Shown here: positions 1 to 13,220 of the stretch, piece by piece | Numbering within the stretch: the first letter of the stretch is position 1 | Layout: the number at the start of each line of letters is the position of its first letter | DNA from: Octopus vulgaris | Lineage: Eukaryota | DNA: 64,000 nt | Reading direction: 5' to 3' | Assembly: GCA_951406725.2 (NCBI GenBank) | Contig: OX597815.1 | Coordinates: 162,502,001 to 162,566,000 of the forward strand | Position numbers and translations under genes: made by a program | Notes under the pieces: model-generated | What the model was told of the DNA's origin: nothing | Databases searched by the model: none | Seen by the model: only the letters and a program-made list of their open reading frames with translations

Positions 1-2048
1 TCTCTTGCCACTGACCATTCCGAGCATGATGTCCTTCTCCAGGGAATATAGAGAATACTCATTGAATTTTACCATGGCACCAGCACTACAGAGGTTGTGT
101 CTTTGACAAGATAAAACTAAAGAGTTCTCTCAGTCTTATGATGTCTCTCCATGAAAATAATACCAACACTATGTATATTCAAATAGAGAAAATTTTAAGC
201 CATCCAACTGAGTGTATATGTGTGTGGACAGGAAAAATACATCACTTAAAAGGGAGTGTTTATACTTATTACTCAATCTGCTATAAATAGCAGACAAATC
301 TTCCTCAAACATAACCTACTATCATTTGACGTTGTATAACCATAGCTGAAACATCAAGGTCAAACAGCATCAACAACAACATAACTTATTCAAAGATTTA
401 TGCCTGTATTCAATATGACGGCTGTTGTATTGCTTCAGGTCAGCCCTAATTTAACATACATAAGAACAACTCATTTTTGTTTTTTACTGTTATCAAAAAT
501 TATATAAAAATATGTCCATTTTAAAAAAAATAATACCACCACTACCATTATTTCTATATGTTCTGTTCTCACTGAATTGGTAGAGTAGCGAGCAAAATGC
601 TTTGCTCTAATTAGCTACACCTTCTCATATTCTCAGTTCAAATCCGGATGAAGTTTACATTCACTTTCATACTTCTTGAAGGAAGAAATGGTGATAAAAT
701 AAGAACTAATAATATACTGAGGTAGACATAATTGAGTGTTACCTTCATCTCCATCCTACCAACAAGAAAGAAAATCATTGTGGCCTTGTGCCTATATTTG
801 AAATCAATATTATAATATTTCCTGATGTTGCTTCAAGCTTCAATTTAAAAATGCTTTACATTTGTTTCTGTTTTTTTTCTTCTCTCTCTCAAACTACATC
901 CCACTCCACTCTAATCAATAAAACTAACAGCATTACCAGCAATTTTCTTGTTGTATGCTCAATAAGAATTTCAAAATTTAAAGTAAATGTTTATTGCTTT
1001 CACTTTTCATTCTGAAGTATATTATGTTGCCTTGTCAGTTTCAATTATGTTTTGCTGCTTAAAAAAAGCAAAAACGATCAATTCACTTTCACTTTCATTT
1101 TCTCATGCTCTCCACCCATTCTGCTGCTATCTCACACACAACACACCTGCTAACAATCGCTTTGTTTGGATTAAGAGAGGCACTTAAGTAAACAAATTCA
1201 AATTCTTTCAGATGAGTTTTCCCCTTATTCATGTAATGCTACCACTGTATTAAGTGCTGTATAATTAAACATGTCAGCTTTCCTAGTGGTGGTGGTAACA
1301 ACAGTAGTGGAAGGAGGAGCTGACATGAACAAAATTAGAACACCAAAGCTATAACTTCCATGCTTCTGATTATGTGATTTTTCTAATGAATCTCCTAACA
1401 GAGATAAATGAATATGCTGGTAAAGATATGTAGTGCAAATAGAAGATATGAGTAGATTTAAGAAAGTGAAGCAAGAGGGCAGAGAGTAAAGAAAACAAAA
1501 GGTAATGGGCTGGGTTAATACAGTCCTCTTCCTCCTTAAACACCAACATTTTATATTTTGATGTAAGCAGTTCACTTGTGGTACATTATCAGCAATGCCC
1601 TCTGTTAAGTCTATCCAAGGTTTCCCTTTATCTGGCAATTTTGCCATTCCTCTACTCCATTGTGTGCCTTTAGGTGACTCTCAATAGTACTTGTAGAGGC
1701 TGTTATAGGGAGTCATAGAGAAACGCATATAAGGTTTAATGGAGTGCTTAAAGCCCGACTGCTGTCTTTAAAAGTCTATCATGGTTCTATCAACAGTGCT
1801 CAGTCTATTCTAAATACATGTTCAGACAGACTCTAGCAACTCTATAATGTCAAAGTTCAGCTGTCTGTAGTCCACATTTTCTTGAGGTGGGCTTGCTAAT
1901 CCAACTTGATAATTGTTTGTGTTGAAGAAGATATAAGCCATTTGCAGTGGAAAGAAAGCACTGTTTTTGGCCATGTTTTCACTTTTTTTCTACTAAATAG
2001 AGCAATGTAGGTTACATGAATGGATTGTAGGATAGAAACTTCTTTCAT

Positions 2049-2267
2049 ATATGGTTTCAGATTTTGACACAAGGCCAGCAATTTTTGAGGAGTGGGTAAG
2101 TCAATTACACTGACTCCAGTGGTCAACTAGTACTTATTTTATTGACCCCAAAAGGATGAAAGGCAAAGTTGACCATGGCAGAATTTGAACTTAGAACATA
2201 AAAACATATGAAATACTATTATGCATTTTTCCTGGCATGCTAACATTTCTGCCATCTTGCCGTCTTA
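2049..2267 (-). mobile_element. tRNA-derived SINE, family A (central GTCGACTTTGCCTTTCATCC motif, (ATT)n-type tail)
   Basis: The reverse strand has a B-box-like GTTCAAATTC followed by the conserved CTTTGCCTTTCATCC core. More than a dozen related copies occur in the window (e.g. 570-810, 13415-13625, 28110-28330, 31925-32140, 45015-45220, 46350-46550, 49128-49545, 54846-55045). Confidence 0.75.
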
Positions 2268-2351
2268 CTTCCCTCATGTATTGACATAAGAATCAGAGAA
2301 AAACCATTTTGAATAGCTCTTAACATGAAGGTCTTGTAGAAGAGACACAGA

Positions 2352-2554
2352 CTAACCATTTTGATACTAACCTACCTGGAACTGCCCTCATTCTTTTAAA
2401 GTGATGTAAATTAAACCTTCCATCAAAATTTCATGCTATGATCCAAAAATCAACATAATAACGACTAGGTTATTTTGATAAATTCTTCATTATTTTTGAA
2501 ATGAACAGAAACAAAGGCAGTGTTTTTCAACAGAAATATGGCAGCAAAAGGTTT
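2352..2554. mobile_element. Non-autonomous TTAA-ended MITE, family 2
   Basis: Ends resemble TTAACC(C)TTTTG...CAAAAGG(G)TT. An inverted copy lies at about 38410-38639 and a partial copy at about 62392-62455. Confidence 0.6.
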
Positions 2555-4371
2555 ATTGAAGTTTTGCAAGCCTTACTAACATTTACTGGCATTAAAGAAA
2601 AATAATGCCTATAACAATGTCCATTAAATGAATGTCACTAGAGATTATAGAAACTTTACTGGATGTGTGAAAATGTAGTATGAAATTATGATATAGCCAA
2701 TACACATGCAGTGCCTTTATACAAAGAATGGTCTGGTAAGCATTGCAATCATCTTTGACTAATCACCCAGCTTGGTAAACTGCGCTGATGGGCTCCAGCT
2801 TCCAAACAATTCACATGAACAAATAAAGAGAATTCTTTGAAACATTTTTGAGCCAATACACCATAGCTAATAAACCATTTATCATGCAGAAAGACATACT
2901 TCCTTTTCATTTTGAGATACCCTACATCTTATGGAGCAGGTATCTTACCGTTAAAGCTCTTTCTGACCTGCAGTTAACCATTCATAACAATATAAGCTTA
3001 AATCTATTTTCTGGATTGGATAAAAGAGAAAATAATGAAGTCCATATACACATAACATCAGAAACAAATTTTGAATACTTGGATAACCCAGAACTTTTAG
3101 AAAATTGCTTTTTAAGAACTTAAGCCAATCTGGTGTTCAAGCTATTATTTGAGCCAACATTTAAAACTTTCTGAGAGCAAGCAAATATAACATGATGTGA
3201 CAAATAATGATGACAAAAATTAAAAGTTGCTAGGAATTTCAGGAACCATTCCCATATAATGAGCCAGTTACTTCCTTGTTAGCTGTAATCAATAACTTGA
3301 AAATCATATCTTCTACCATGAAGAAACTCATAACACCCAATCTATCAACAATTATAAGTACAGGCTAGCAGTAACATATATAAAAGACTGTTCTTTTAAT
3401 TTATCTCCACATGTTTGCTTAAAATAGCAATAATCTAGCATTAAAAAACTTAATGGGTTTAGTTAACTTACCCGTAATGTTAAAAACAGTTGTACTGCAT
3501 TAGCAAAAGCAGGTGGTGCTGGAAAACCAAACCAAGATGCGGTACGGAAGAAGGCCAAGTAAGTAAAGCACCAAAATAAACTAACAATGTGGCAGTATCT
3601 GGAAAAAACAGAAGAAAAAGAGACTGCATATCAGAAAACTTAGAAAGGTATATTTGTGAATATGAGTGTAATAAAATTTTGTTATACATATATTGCTATG
3701 AGAAGAAATGAGTATGTAATAATTTAAGTATGACAAGCTACCTGTCATTTTCAAGCAAGAAGGAGGGGATTTTGTTTCAGTTATCATCATATAATTTCAG
3801 CTCCACTGTCTTTCAGATGCAGACTATATAGAAGGATAATATTTTACTTTGCATTCAAATAAAAGAGAAATTATATAATCGGGAATATGTCAGAAGTATT
3901 GCATTACCATATGACAATGATAATTGAATAATGAAAGAAGAGAAGCAGTTATATTTACAGATAAATTAAATCTGTATCAATTTGTTAAATTGTTATGTAA
4001 CTAAAGGAAATGTTAAGCTTTGAAAAGCTGAGGAAGTATTTGGAAATGAAACACTTAACATAGAACTTATGGAGGAGTATTTGGAAATTTCAAAAAGAAT
4101 TCTAACTACACTAAAACAAACACTTAATTTTGATTAACATCTTAGTTATTTGGGATATTGAAAGACTATGCTTTCTCTGAAGAGGTTTAATAATAATAAC
4201 ACATCTTAGAGTTGTGATTGTATCTGCCAAAATCAGACTCCCTCTCATCTACATAGAAACTGTGTTAAATATATTGCCCAACCCATTTAACTATTCAAAT
4301 TAGGCAACTAAAAAGCACCTGTATGGTAGCTAAACATGCCAGAAAAGGCAACTACATCTACCATCTTAATA

Positions 4372-4579
4372 CTTTAATATTCAGATTACTCTATAAAATG
4401 TAATACTTATTTATTCACATGGTTTTGAACTAATCATACATTATCTTGTAGTTTCAAGATTTCAATAATGTGATTATTTTAAAAATGACATAGTAGGGGA
4501 AGTTTACATAGCCTAATCTGGCTGGTTTGAACATAAAACAAGTAAAATACTTGAGCCAGTTTTAATGCTAAAGGATTAA
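4372..4579. mobile_element. TTAA-flanked MITE, family 1 (piggyBac-like termini)
   Basis: About 220-bp repeat; the family consensus has TIR TTAACCCTTTAGCATT...AATGCTAAAGGGTTAA. About 10 copies in the window. Confidence 0.65.
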
Positions 4580-5775
4580 ATTACAAAAAAGACAGAATGG
4601 ATAACATAGTCATAATTTGTGACAAAAAAAAATATTTGATTCTAATATTTCTAGTGCTAACAATGTATATCAAAGAGAAAGTCACTTATGCCATTGCTCA
4701 AATTACTAGTAACAGCAGCCAAATCTCTTTCAAATCATCTCATTGTCCTAGAATGATCTTTTCAGAAAAAGTAATCAACATTTACAAGCTTTGATTTCTC
4801 CAGGTCATAAGAGACAATTGAAAGAATTTATTTAAGTCTGAATTTCCATTTCAGATTTGCTTAAAAGTTTTCAAAGAATATTTGAATAAAACCTAAATTC
4901 CATAGATTGAAACTGAATCAGATTTAATAGTGAACTGATTTAATATTATTGTATATCTAATAGGAACATTGATTCGCTCAGCCAGACAAACATTCATATA
5001 TGCAGACAGGTCAATTCACACAGTGTGGCAATAAAAGAAGAAACAGAAAACGAGGTTCTTTTAATATATTTTCAATGGATGCCAAAAATAAAAAGCAAAA
5101 AAAAACACCGCCCCCGCCACCATTCAAGAGATATGAACTTACAATATACAAACAAATATGCATACATGCCTACACACACGTATACACATACATATATCTA
5201 TATATATACACATACAAACACACTTGTTCCTTGGAAAAGGCCAAAATTCAGGATAGGCCTGTATGTCTGGTCTGGTGGGTCTGGACTATTGAATTACAAA
5301 TATGATCCAGCAGTGGTGGTGATGGTGGTGGTGGGGGTCTGCACAGTTTCTTTTATCTAATTTCACTCACAAGGCTTACTCCAACTTGACACTACAGTAA
5401 AAGACACCTGCATGAGATGCCACACAATCAAATCCTAGATCTCACCATTGCAAAATCAACTTCTTAAATTCTGCGCCTACACAGACATATTCACACACAC
5501 ATACACATACGTACATATTTACACACATATACACATATATGCACATACATACATGAACACTTTCACATATATGCACACAAGCATGTATCATCTTCACCAT
5601 CATCATCATTTAATGTCCATTGTCTATGCTGGCATGAGTTGAATGGTTTGACCAGGGCTGGTAAGCTGAGGGGCTGCACCAGACTCCAGTCTAATTTGGC
5701 ATGCTTTCTACAGCTAGATGCCCTTCCTAACATACGTATTCACAAGCATGGATGTCGTTCCTATACATACATATT

Positions 5776-5846
5776 CACAAGTATACATATGTTTGTCCAC
5801 TGGTATACATATGTTTGTCCACAAGTATACATATGTTTGTCCACAA
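5776..5846. repeat. 22-bp tandem minisatellite, about 3 copies
   Basis: The unit CACAAGTATACATATGTTTGTC is repeated three times, with one CACTGG variant. Confidence 0.9.
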
Positions 5847-6279
5847 GGACCATCAAGTTAGTCATCATTAAGAATGACTGACTTGTGCAAAGGAAGAGTT
5901 GCATACCTTCAGCCAACCAGACACTTTCATCCATGATCATCTTCAATTCAGTGGCAAGACCAGATCAAGATGACTGGGGATGGAGATGGATACAGTGGAT
6001 GACCGAAATGTCTTACTTGCCTCATCTTGGTTTCTGCACTCTACAAAGTGTTGTTGCAGCCACCTTCCGCTCTGTTGAAGCATGAAGGTTTCATCTGTAG
6101 AGTTTGCTAGATCCAGGTTTCACAAGCCAAAACATACATATACACACATGTATAATGTATCACAGTGCTGTCAGTTTTAAGGAGAAATATTCTAATTGTT
6201 CAATCAATGACATGGATGGCCTACTCAATAAGTTAGTTTATGATTGGCTGTGTATTATTGTGCAGATAGTTGCACCTTA

Positions 6280-6615
6280 TGTGATGTGAAGGCGCATGGC
6301 TCAGTGGTTAGAGCTTACGATCGTGAGGTCGTGAGCTTGAATCTCGGATTGGGCTGCGTGTTATGTTCTTGAGCAAGACACTTTATTTCACGTTGCTCCA
6401 GTTCACTCAGCTGTAGAAATGAGTTGCAACATCACAGGTACCAAGCTGTATTGGCCTTTGCCTTTCGGTTGGATAACACTGGTGGCGTGGAGAGGGGAGG
6501 CGGTATGCATGGGCAACTGCTGGTCTTCCATAAACAACCTTGCCCGGACTTGTGCCTAGGAGGGTAACTTTCTAGGTGCAATCCCATGGTCTGTGTCATG
6601 ACCGAAGGGGGTCTC
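6280..6615 (+). mobile_element. Full-length tRNA-derived SINE, family C (CORE-like centre), with 12-bp TSD
   Basis: A-box TGGCTCAGTGG, degenerate B-box, central CTTGAGCAAGACACTT motif; flanked by the direct repeat AGTTGCACCTTA at 6268-6279 and 6616-6627. Confidence 0.85.
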
Positions 6616-6769
6616 AGTTGCACCTTAATATAATCCCCACCACATCAAAATGAGTATGTTACATGGTGCAACAAAACTGGCCCTTTAATTTATGGGTGCA
6701 ATTCAATCTGACAGGCTTCCAAATAATTTCTCCCGACCCAATTCCACTTCAGTTTGACCTGAGATTATG

Positions 6770-7190
6770 TTAAACCCTTTAGCATTCAGATTATTCTATC
6801 AAATGTAGTGCTTATTTATTCACATAGTTTTAATTTATTATGCATTCCCTTGTAGATTCAAAATTTTGATGACGTGATTGTTATTTTTTGAATGGCATTG
6901 TAGGGTAGGTGTGAGAGAAGGGATCAGGCTAGTTTGGGTGTGAAATAGGTTGCATATTTGGGCCAAATATGGCTGGCTTGACTCTTTTTGCATTCAGATT
7001 ACTCTATCAAATGTAATACTTATGTATTCACATTGTTTTGAATTAAGCATGCATTATCTTGTAGCTTTGAGATTTCAATGACATAATTCACTTTTAGAAT
7101 GACATTGTAGGGTAGGTGTGAGAGGCTGGATCTGACTTGTTATAGAATATTTGGGGCCAGATATTGCTAGTTTAAATGCTAAAGGGTTAA
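6770..7190. mobile_element. Tandem dimer of the family-1 TTAA MITE
   Basis: Two head-to-tail units (about 6770-6980 and 6981-7190); outer ends TAAACCCTTTAGCATT and AATGCTAAAGGGTTAA. Confidence 0.75.
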
Positions 7191-7297
7191 AGGATATTTG
7201 CTGAAAATACCATACAGTGGGATCAAACCTATGTGCTCATCGCTGTGAAATGAATATCTTAACCACTCAGATATGTTCAGAGCGCTACATGTGTGTG

Positions 7298-8590
7298 TAT
7301 TCTTTTATTCTTTTACTTGTCTCAGTCATTTGACTGTGACCATGCTGGAGCACAGCCTTAAATGGGTTTAGTCAAAGCAATCGACCCCAGGACTTATTCT
7401 TTGTAAGCCTAGTACTTGTTCTATCAATCTCTTTTGCCAAACCACTAAATTACAGGAACGTAAACACACCAAGATCGGTTGTCAAGTGATGGAGACACAA
7501 AGACTCACACATAAATACACACACACACACACATTGCCAAAGACATGGGAGTGTCTGAGTTTCTTATCAGTTAGGTAGTGCATGAAGACATTTGGTATTC
7601 CTCATACAAGATGAGAAAGGGCCAATTAAAGTCCTAAGTCATTAAGGACAAGAGGAAAGACCACGCTACGAAGCTTTTGAACTAATTTAAGCATCCCCTC
7701 CAACTGAACATGCTTTATCTCAGATGAAAAAAATTTCTGCCAAAATCAGATGGTGAACACACAGAACAACTATTGGCTTGCTGTGTCCCCAAAACATGTA
7801 CTGAAAGTGATAAAAATCAAACATCCAGTCAACATCATGGTGTTTAGAGTGATCACTAGGATGGTGACATTATACCTCCATTCATCTTCCCACATGACAT
7901 CAGACTCAACACAGAAGCCTACATCAAGTGCCTGGAGGAGATAGTGCTGCCCTGAGTAAAGAGGATGGTTGCTGAAAGACCCTATATCTCACAACAGGAC
8001 TCTGCACCATGCCACACAAGCAGGAGATCCCAGTCATGGCTGTCAGAAAATTTCTGCAATGACATCACCTCTAACATCTGGCCACATAACTCCCCTGACT
8101 GCAACCCCTTGATTATTATGTGTGGAGCGCAGTTGAGTGTGAGACCAACAAAACTCCTTGTAACACCAAAGATGAACTGAAGGCAAGGATTATGACAGCA
8201 TTCATGAACTTAAACAAGTAGACCGTCCAGAAGAGTTGCAGGAGATTCTGATGTTGTCTGGAGGCCGTGGTTGAAGCCAATGGCAATATTATTGAATAAA
8301 TTTACTCTTTAGTATTTCAAGATATTTTTATGTAATTTTAGTAAATATATCTGTTAAAATGATTTGTCAGTGTTATTTTCATTTTTGTATAATTTAGACG
8401 ACAATTTATTGATCCACCTGTATATATATATATATATACACAATGGTCATCTTTCAGTTTCCTCCAACCAAATCCACTCACAAGGCTTTGGTTGGCCCGA
8501 GGCTATAGAAGAAGACACTTGCTCAAGGTGCTATGCAGTGGGACTGAACCAGAAAACAAGTGGTTCTTACAACACAGAGCCATACTCACA
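7298..8590 (-). mobile_element. Family B SINE split by a maT transposon insertion
   Basis: The 3' half is at 7298-7533 and the 5' half at 8423-8590; both match intact copies such as 15224-15605. The break lies in the SINE's internal CA/TA microsatellite. Confidence 0.7.
7534..8422 (+). mobile_element. Decayed Tc1/mariner-superfamily maT (DD37D) transposon, 5'-truncated
   Basis: Fragmented transposase motifs SDEKNF and QQDSAPCHTS...WPHNSPDCNPL(D)YYVW. After correcting one frameshift there are 37 residues between the second and third Asp. The 3' TIR ends ...CCACCTG-TA. Confidence 0.85.
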
Positions 8591-8986
8591 AACATATACA
8601 CACTGTATTTTATATTCAATAGGAAAACAGAAATTTTATAAATCCATTATTTTCAATTTTGAGTGAATACTAGAAGAGTGTTGCAATCATTTTCATTGCT
8701 GAATGAAATACGAAAGGATGAAATAAACCAACAAAACATTAAAATTTTCAGAGAAACCACCGAATTTTTGTGAAATTAATTTAAAATAGAAACAAATAAA
8801 TGAAAGAAATAATATCAATCTAACAAAAGCTAAAGAAGGAAAAAAAAAATGTTTCGATGAAAGGGGATTAAAAAAAATAAAAGAGAGAGAGTATGGATTA
8901 TATTCTGTGTGTATGAGCATATATTTTATTAATATATGGAGAAATACATATCTGTATTATATATGTATATATAAAACAAACACTAC

Positions 8987-9024
<38 letters not shown>

Positions 9025-9070
9025 TGATGAAGCTTTGAAAGAGAATGAATGTACATAGAAAAAAGTGATG

Positions 9071-9101
<31 letters not shown>

Positions 9102-9334
9102 CACACATATGGGAAGAGTGAGAGAGATAGAGTATGAATAAATAAGGAGAGTAAGGTTGTGGAAAATCAGTTTTACATAGAAACAGGCTAAAAGACAAAA
9201 AAACAAAAAAAACAATGACTTGATTCAGATTTGATTCAAGAGATTGAATTACTTTGAAGACAAGTTTTAAGCATATTTAAACATACCTAAAAATATTTCC
9301 AAAATGATCTAAAATGGTGTGTGTGTGTGTGTAT

Positions 9335-9389
<55 letters not shown>

Positions 9390-9429
9390 TTAATAACAAC
9401 AACAACAACAATAATAATTTTCCCACAAA

Positions 9430-9633
9430 GGTTGCAATTTGTTTCAGCTCTTTACCTTCTGAGTTTGAATCCCTCTGAGGTCAACTTTGACTTTCATCCT
9501 TTCAAGACTAGTGTTCAACTGGTACTTATCCCAAAAGGATAAAAGGCAAAGTTGACTTTGGTAGAATTTGAATTCAGAATGTAGCGGCAGATGAAATACC
9601 ACTTAAACATTTCACCGCCTTTTATATAATAAA

Positions 9634-9667
<34 letters not shown>

Positions 9668-11785
9668 CTTTTAAATTTTGAAAGAAAAAGAAAAGGCCAC
9701 CAAATTTGAGGGGAGAGGTCAGTCAATAGCATCACCCCCCCACCCCACGTCAGTACTTGAGTGGTGCTTTATTTTTAGACCCAGGAGGAACAAAAGGTAA
9801 AGTTGACCTTAGCAGGATTAGAAACTAGAATGTAAAGAGCTGCAAGAGATACTGCATGGCATTATTTTCCGACACTCAGATGATTCCACCAGTTCACCAT
9901 TTTGGGTTTAATCAATGCCACTGGTCCCAGTGCTTGACTGGTACTTTATTCTTTTAACCCATAAAGAATAAGGCACAGTTGATCTAGGTGTGATATGGAC
10001 TTAGAAAGAAATAAATAAAGAAAAGGGTTGGAATAAATTACTTTTAAATAGTTTTTCCTATGTTTTAACAACAAATTTTCCTGGTTCACCACTAATCTTG
10101 AAAGGATGAAAGACAAAGTTGACCTCAGAGGGATTCAAACTCAGAAAGTAAAGAGCTGAAACAAATTCTGCAGAGCATATTTTCCCAGTGCTCTATGATT
10201 TTGCTACCCACCACCCTTAATAATAATAATAATAATGATACTGGGCCCCACCTGCAAGGTCATGTGCTGTTTATCTTGATATGAGATCACCATGTCGCGC
10301 ACATATGGTTGTGATGCATGTGCCTGGTGTACCCTTATCAGACGGGTAGTCATGATGGGTATATTGGGCTTCGTATATTTTACCCCAGTGTCACTTTGAT
10401 GGCATGAACTGCTCTCTCACTCAATAATAATAATTATTATTATTATTATAATAATAATAATCTTTTCTACTCTAGGCATAAGGCCTGAAATTTTTGGGCT
10501 AGTTGATTAGATTGATCCCCAGTATGCAACTGGTACTTAATTTATCAACTCTGAAAGGATGAAAGGCAAAGTCGACCTCGGTGGAATTTGAACTCAGAAT
10601 GTGAAGATAGATGAAATATCGCTAAACATTTTGCCTGGCGTGCTAATGTTTCTGCCAGCTCGCTACCTTAATAATGATAATTATAATTTCTAAATTATGC
10701 ACAAGCACAGCAATTTTAAAGGGAGAGTGTTAGTCAAAATCATTGATCTCAGATCTTGACAGGCACTTTATTCTATTGATTTTCAAAAAGAGGAAAGGCA
10801 AAGATGACCTTGTCTGGACTTGAACTCAGAATATAAACAGTTGGAACAAAAACAGCAAGATTCTGTTAATTCACTACCCTTAGTAAATAATTATAATAAT
10901 CCTTTCTACTATAGGTACAAGGCCTGAAATTTTGGGGGAGGGGGTTAGTCGATTACTGATATTTATTTCATCAACCCTGAAAGAATGAAAGACAAAGTCA
11001 TCCTAAGCAGAACGTGAAGATGGATGAAATGCCACTAAGCATTTTGCCTGGTACACTAATGATTCTGACAGCTCACCGCACTAATAATAATAATAATAAT
11101 AATAACAATAATGCTGGTGTCACGTAAAAAGCATCCAGTCCACACTGTAAAGTGGTTGGCATTTGGAAAGGTATCGAGCTGTAAAAACCATGCCAAAACT
11201 GACCTCACCTATACTGGCGCCATGTAAAAATCACTCAGCCCATTCTATGGGGTGGTTGGTGTTAGGAAGGGCATCCAGCTGTAAAAACCATGCCAAAATA
11301 GACATAGAAGATTGGCACAGTCTTCTGCCTGGCCAGCTCTTATCAAACTGTTCATCCCATGCCAGCATGGAAGGTGGATGTTAAACAATGAAGAAGAATA
11401 ATTCTTTGTACTATAGGCACAAGGCCTGAGGAGCAGGATGAAAGGTAAAGTTGACCTTGGCAGAACTTGAACTCAGAACACGAAGACAAATGAAATGCTG
11501 CTAAACATTTCACCTGGCGTGCTAACAATTCTGCCAGCTCACTGCCCTAATAATAATAATAATAATAATAATTTTTCAAATTTTAGCACAAGGCTAGTAA
11601 TTTTGAGGGGGTGGGGCAAGTTGATTACACTGACCCCAGTATTTGATTGGCACTTATCAATCCTCAAGGACAAAAGATAAAGTTGACCCTGGTGGAATTT
11701 GAACTCAGAATGTAAAGAGCTAAAACAAATGTTGCTAAGCATTTTGTCTGATGTGCTAACAATTTTGTCTGCTTGCTGTCTTAAT
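9430..11785 (-). mobile_element. Cluster of family A SINEs and other retroposon pieces interleaved with (AAT)n tracts
   Basis: Eight or more partial or complete copies of the AAAGGCAAAGTYGACCT core, mostly in one orientation and usually separated by (AAT)n. Confidence 0.75.
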
Positions 11786-12894
11786 AGTAATGACATCAGT
11801 CATCAAATCCTTGACAGCAATACTGACATGAACCAGCGTTGAACTGAGAGGTTAAAGAATAGATTACAATGGTTTGGCTTTTGAATTAGAGGTTATAATA
11901 ACGTAATTTGTAGTTGCGACAGGTAAAATGATGCCTAATTATTTCTCTTAACATAAAGACAGACTTTGACAAGTTACCAATGACCACAGTGTAAAGAAAG
12001 TTTCAAAAAATAATTATTGGCTCTGTAAGAAAAAAATAATAAAAAAAAGACTCTTTTCAGATATTTGTTAAACTTGAAAACTTAATATATGTAGATATTC
12101 CAAAATGTGTTTTGTTCTTAGTTATATAAGCAGAGAAAATATTGGTGTAATATCCAGTTGATTGCTAAAAAAAGCCAATAAGCTGTTACCAAAAATAAAC
12201 TGTCAGTAAATATCATAATGAAAGCAGAATCTTATCAGAGGAGCTTCAACAAAACTTATCTGCTCTAGATAATAATAACAATGGTATATGTCAGTGTATG
12301 AGAAGGATTAAGACTTACAAGAAATCTTAATAATATGACACTTTAAAATATTAACAAACAAGAATATGCAATGTAAAACAAACGAGATAAAGAATGAAAT
12401 GATATAAATTAACTTCCTTACAAATTGAGGATAAAAAAAAAAAGAAACCCTGCCAAAAATATCAAAACAAAATAGTGAAACAATGAAACAAAAAAAAAAG
12501 AAGAAGAAAGAAATTCAATTGATAATCTCAGAACTGAAACTTGACATTAAAACAATCTACAGATTTAGCAGCAGCAGAAACATTAGAAATATTTCGAGAA
12601 ATTAGAAAATTAAATAAATAAATAAATAGATGAATGAATAAACAAACAATATTCATTAAAGGTAGATTAGCTTTCAGAAAGGTAAGAAAGTAGTTATAGA
12701 AAATTTAAAATGTAGAACACAATCATTGGGAAAGGAAGTTGCAAATATTACTTCTTTGAATGTATGATTAGAGTTGAGATATGGAGATAATAATAATAAT
12801 AATAATGATGATAAAAGAATTGGTTCATAATCTCACTTTGTAACGGAGTGCGTAACACACACACACACAAACAGTTTTACATATAAACACAAAT

Positions 12895-13220
12895 ATGGCT
12901 ATGTGGTAAGAATCCAGGTTCAATCCCACTGTGCAACACTCTTGTGATTTGTCTTCTGCGATGAAGCATACTTTTATGTATGCATGTATGTACATGTGTG
13001 TGTGTCACTAAAAGTTGTAAAAGAGTGTCACTGTCATATAAGCGGTGTCCTCCATTCTCAATCTTCAGTGAAAGCATATCTGGTTATAAGGGAATATTAC
13101 CTTACTTTGAAACAAGTGAGGGTTGGTGACAGGAAGGGCATCAAGTCATTGAAATCTGCCCAAAGTTCTGTTTGGCCCATGCAAGCATAGAAAAGTGAAC
13201 AACAAAGATGACGATGAAAA
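12895..13220 (+). mobile_element. Family B-head SINE with RTE-like 3' tail
   Basis: tRNA-like head and a (TG)n-rich middle; ends GGAAGGGCATC...CATGCAAGCAT(G)GAAAAG...GATGACGATG. Similar copies at 16508-16885 (+), 17726-18092 (-), 44020-44400 (+) and 45940-46170 (+). Confidence 0.65.

Noticed and set aside
1225-1900. 140-aa minus-strand ORF (MAKLPDKGKPW...) as a host exon
   Set aside because: In-frame stop just upstream, no recognisable domain and a low-complexity tail. At most a very decayed LINE ORF1-like relic, which I cannot support.
5000-5642. ORFs rich in H/T/Y/I
   Set aside because: Translations of (CA)/(TA) microsatellite-rich DNA.
6285-6360. tRNA gene
   Set aside because: A/B-box remnants are SINE heads; there is no complete cloverleaf, and the sequence continues into a SINE body with a TSD.
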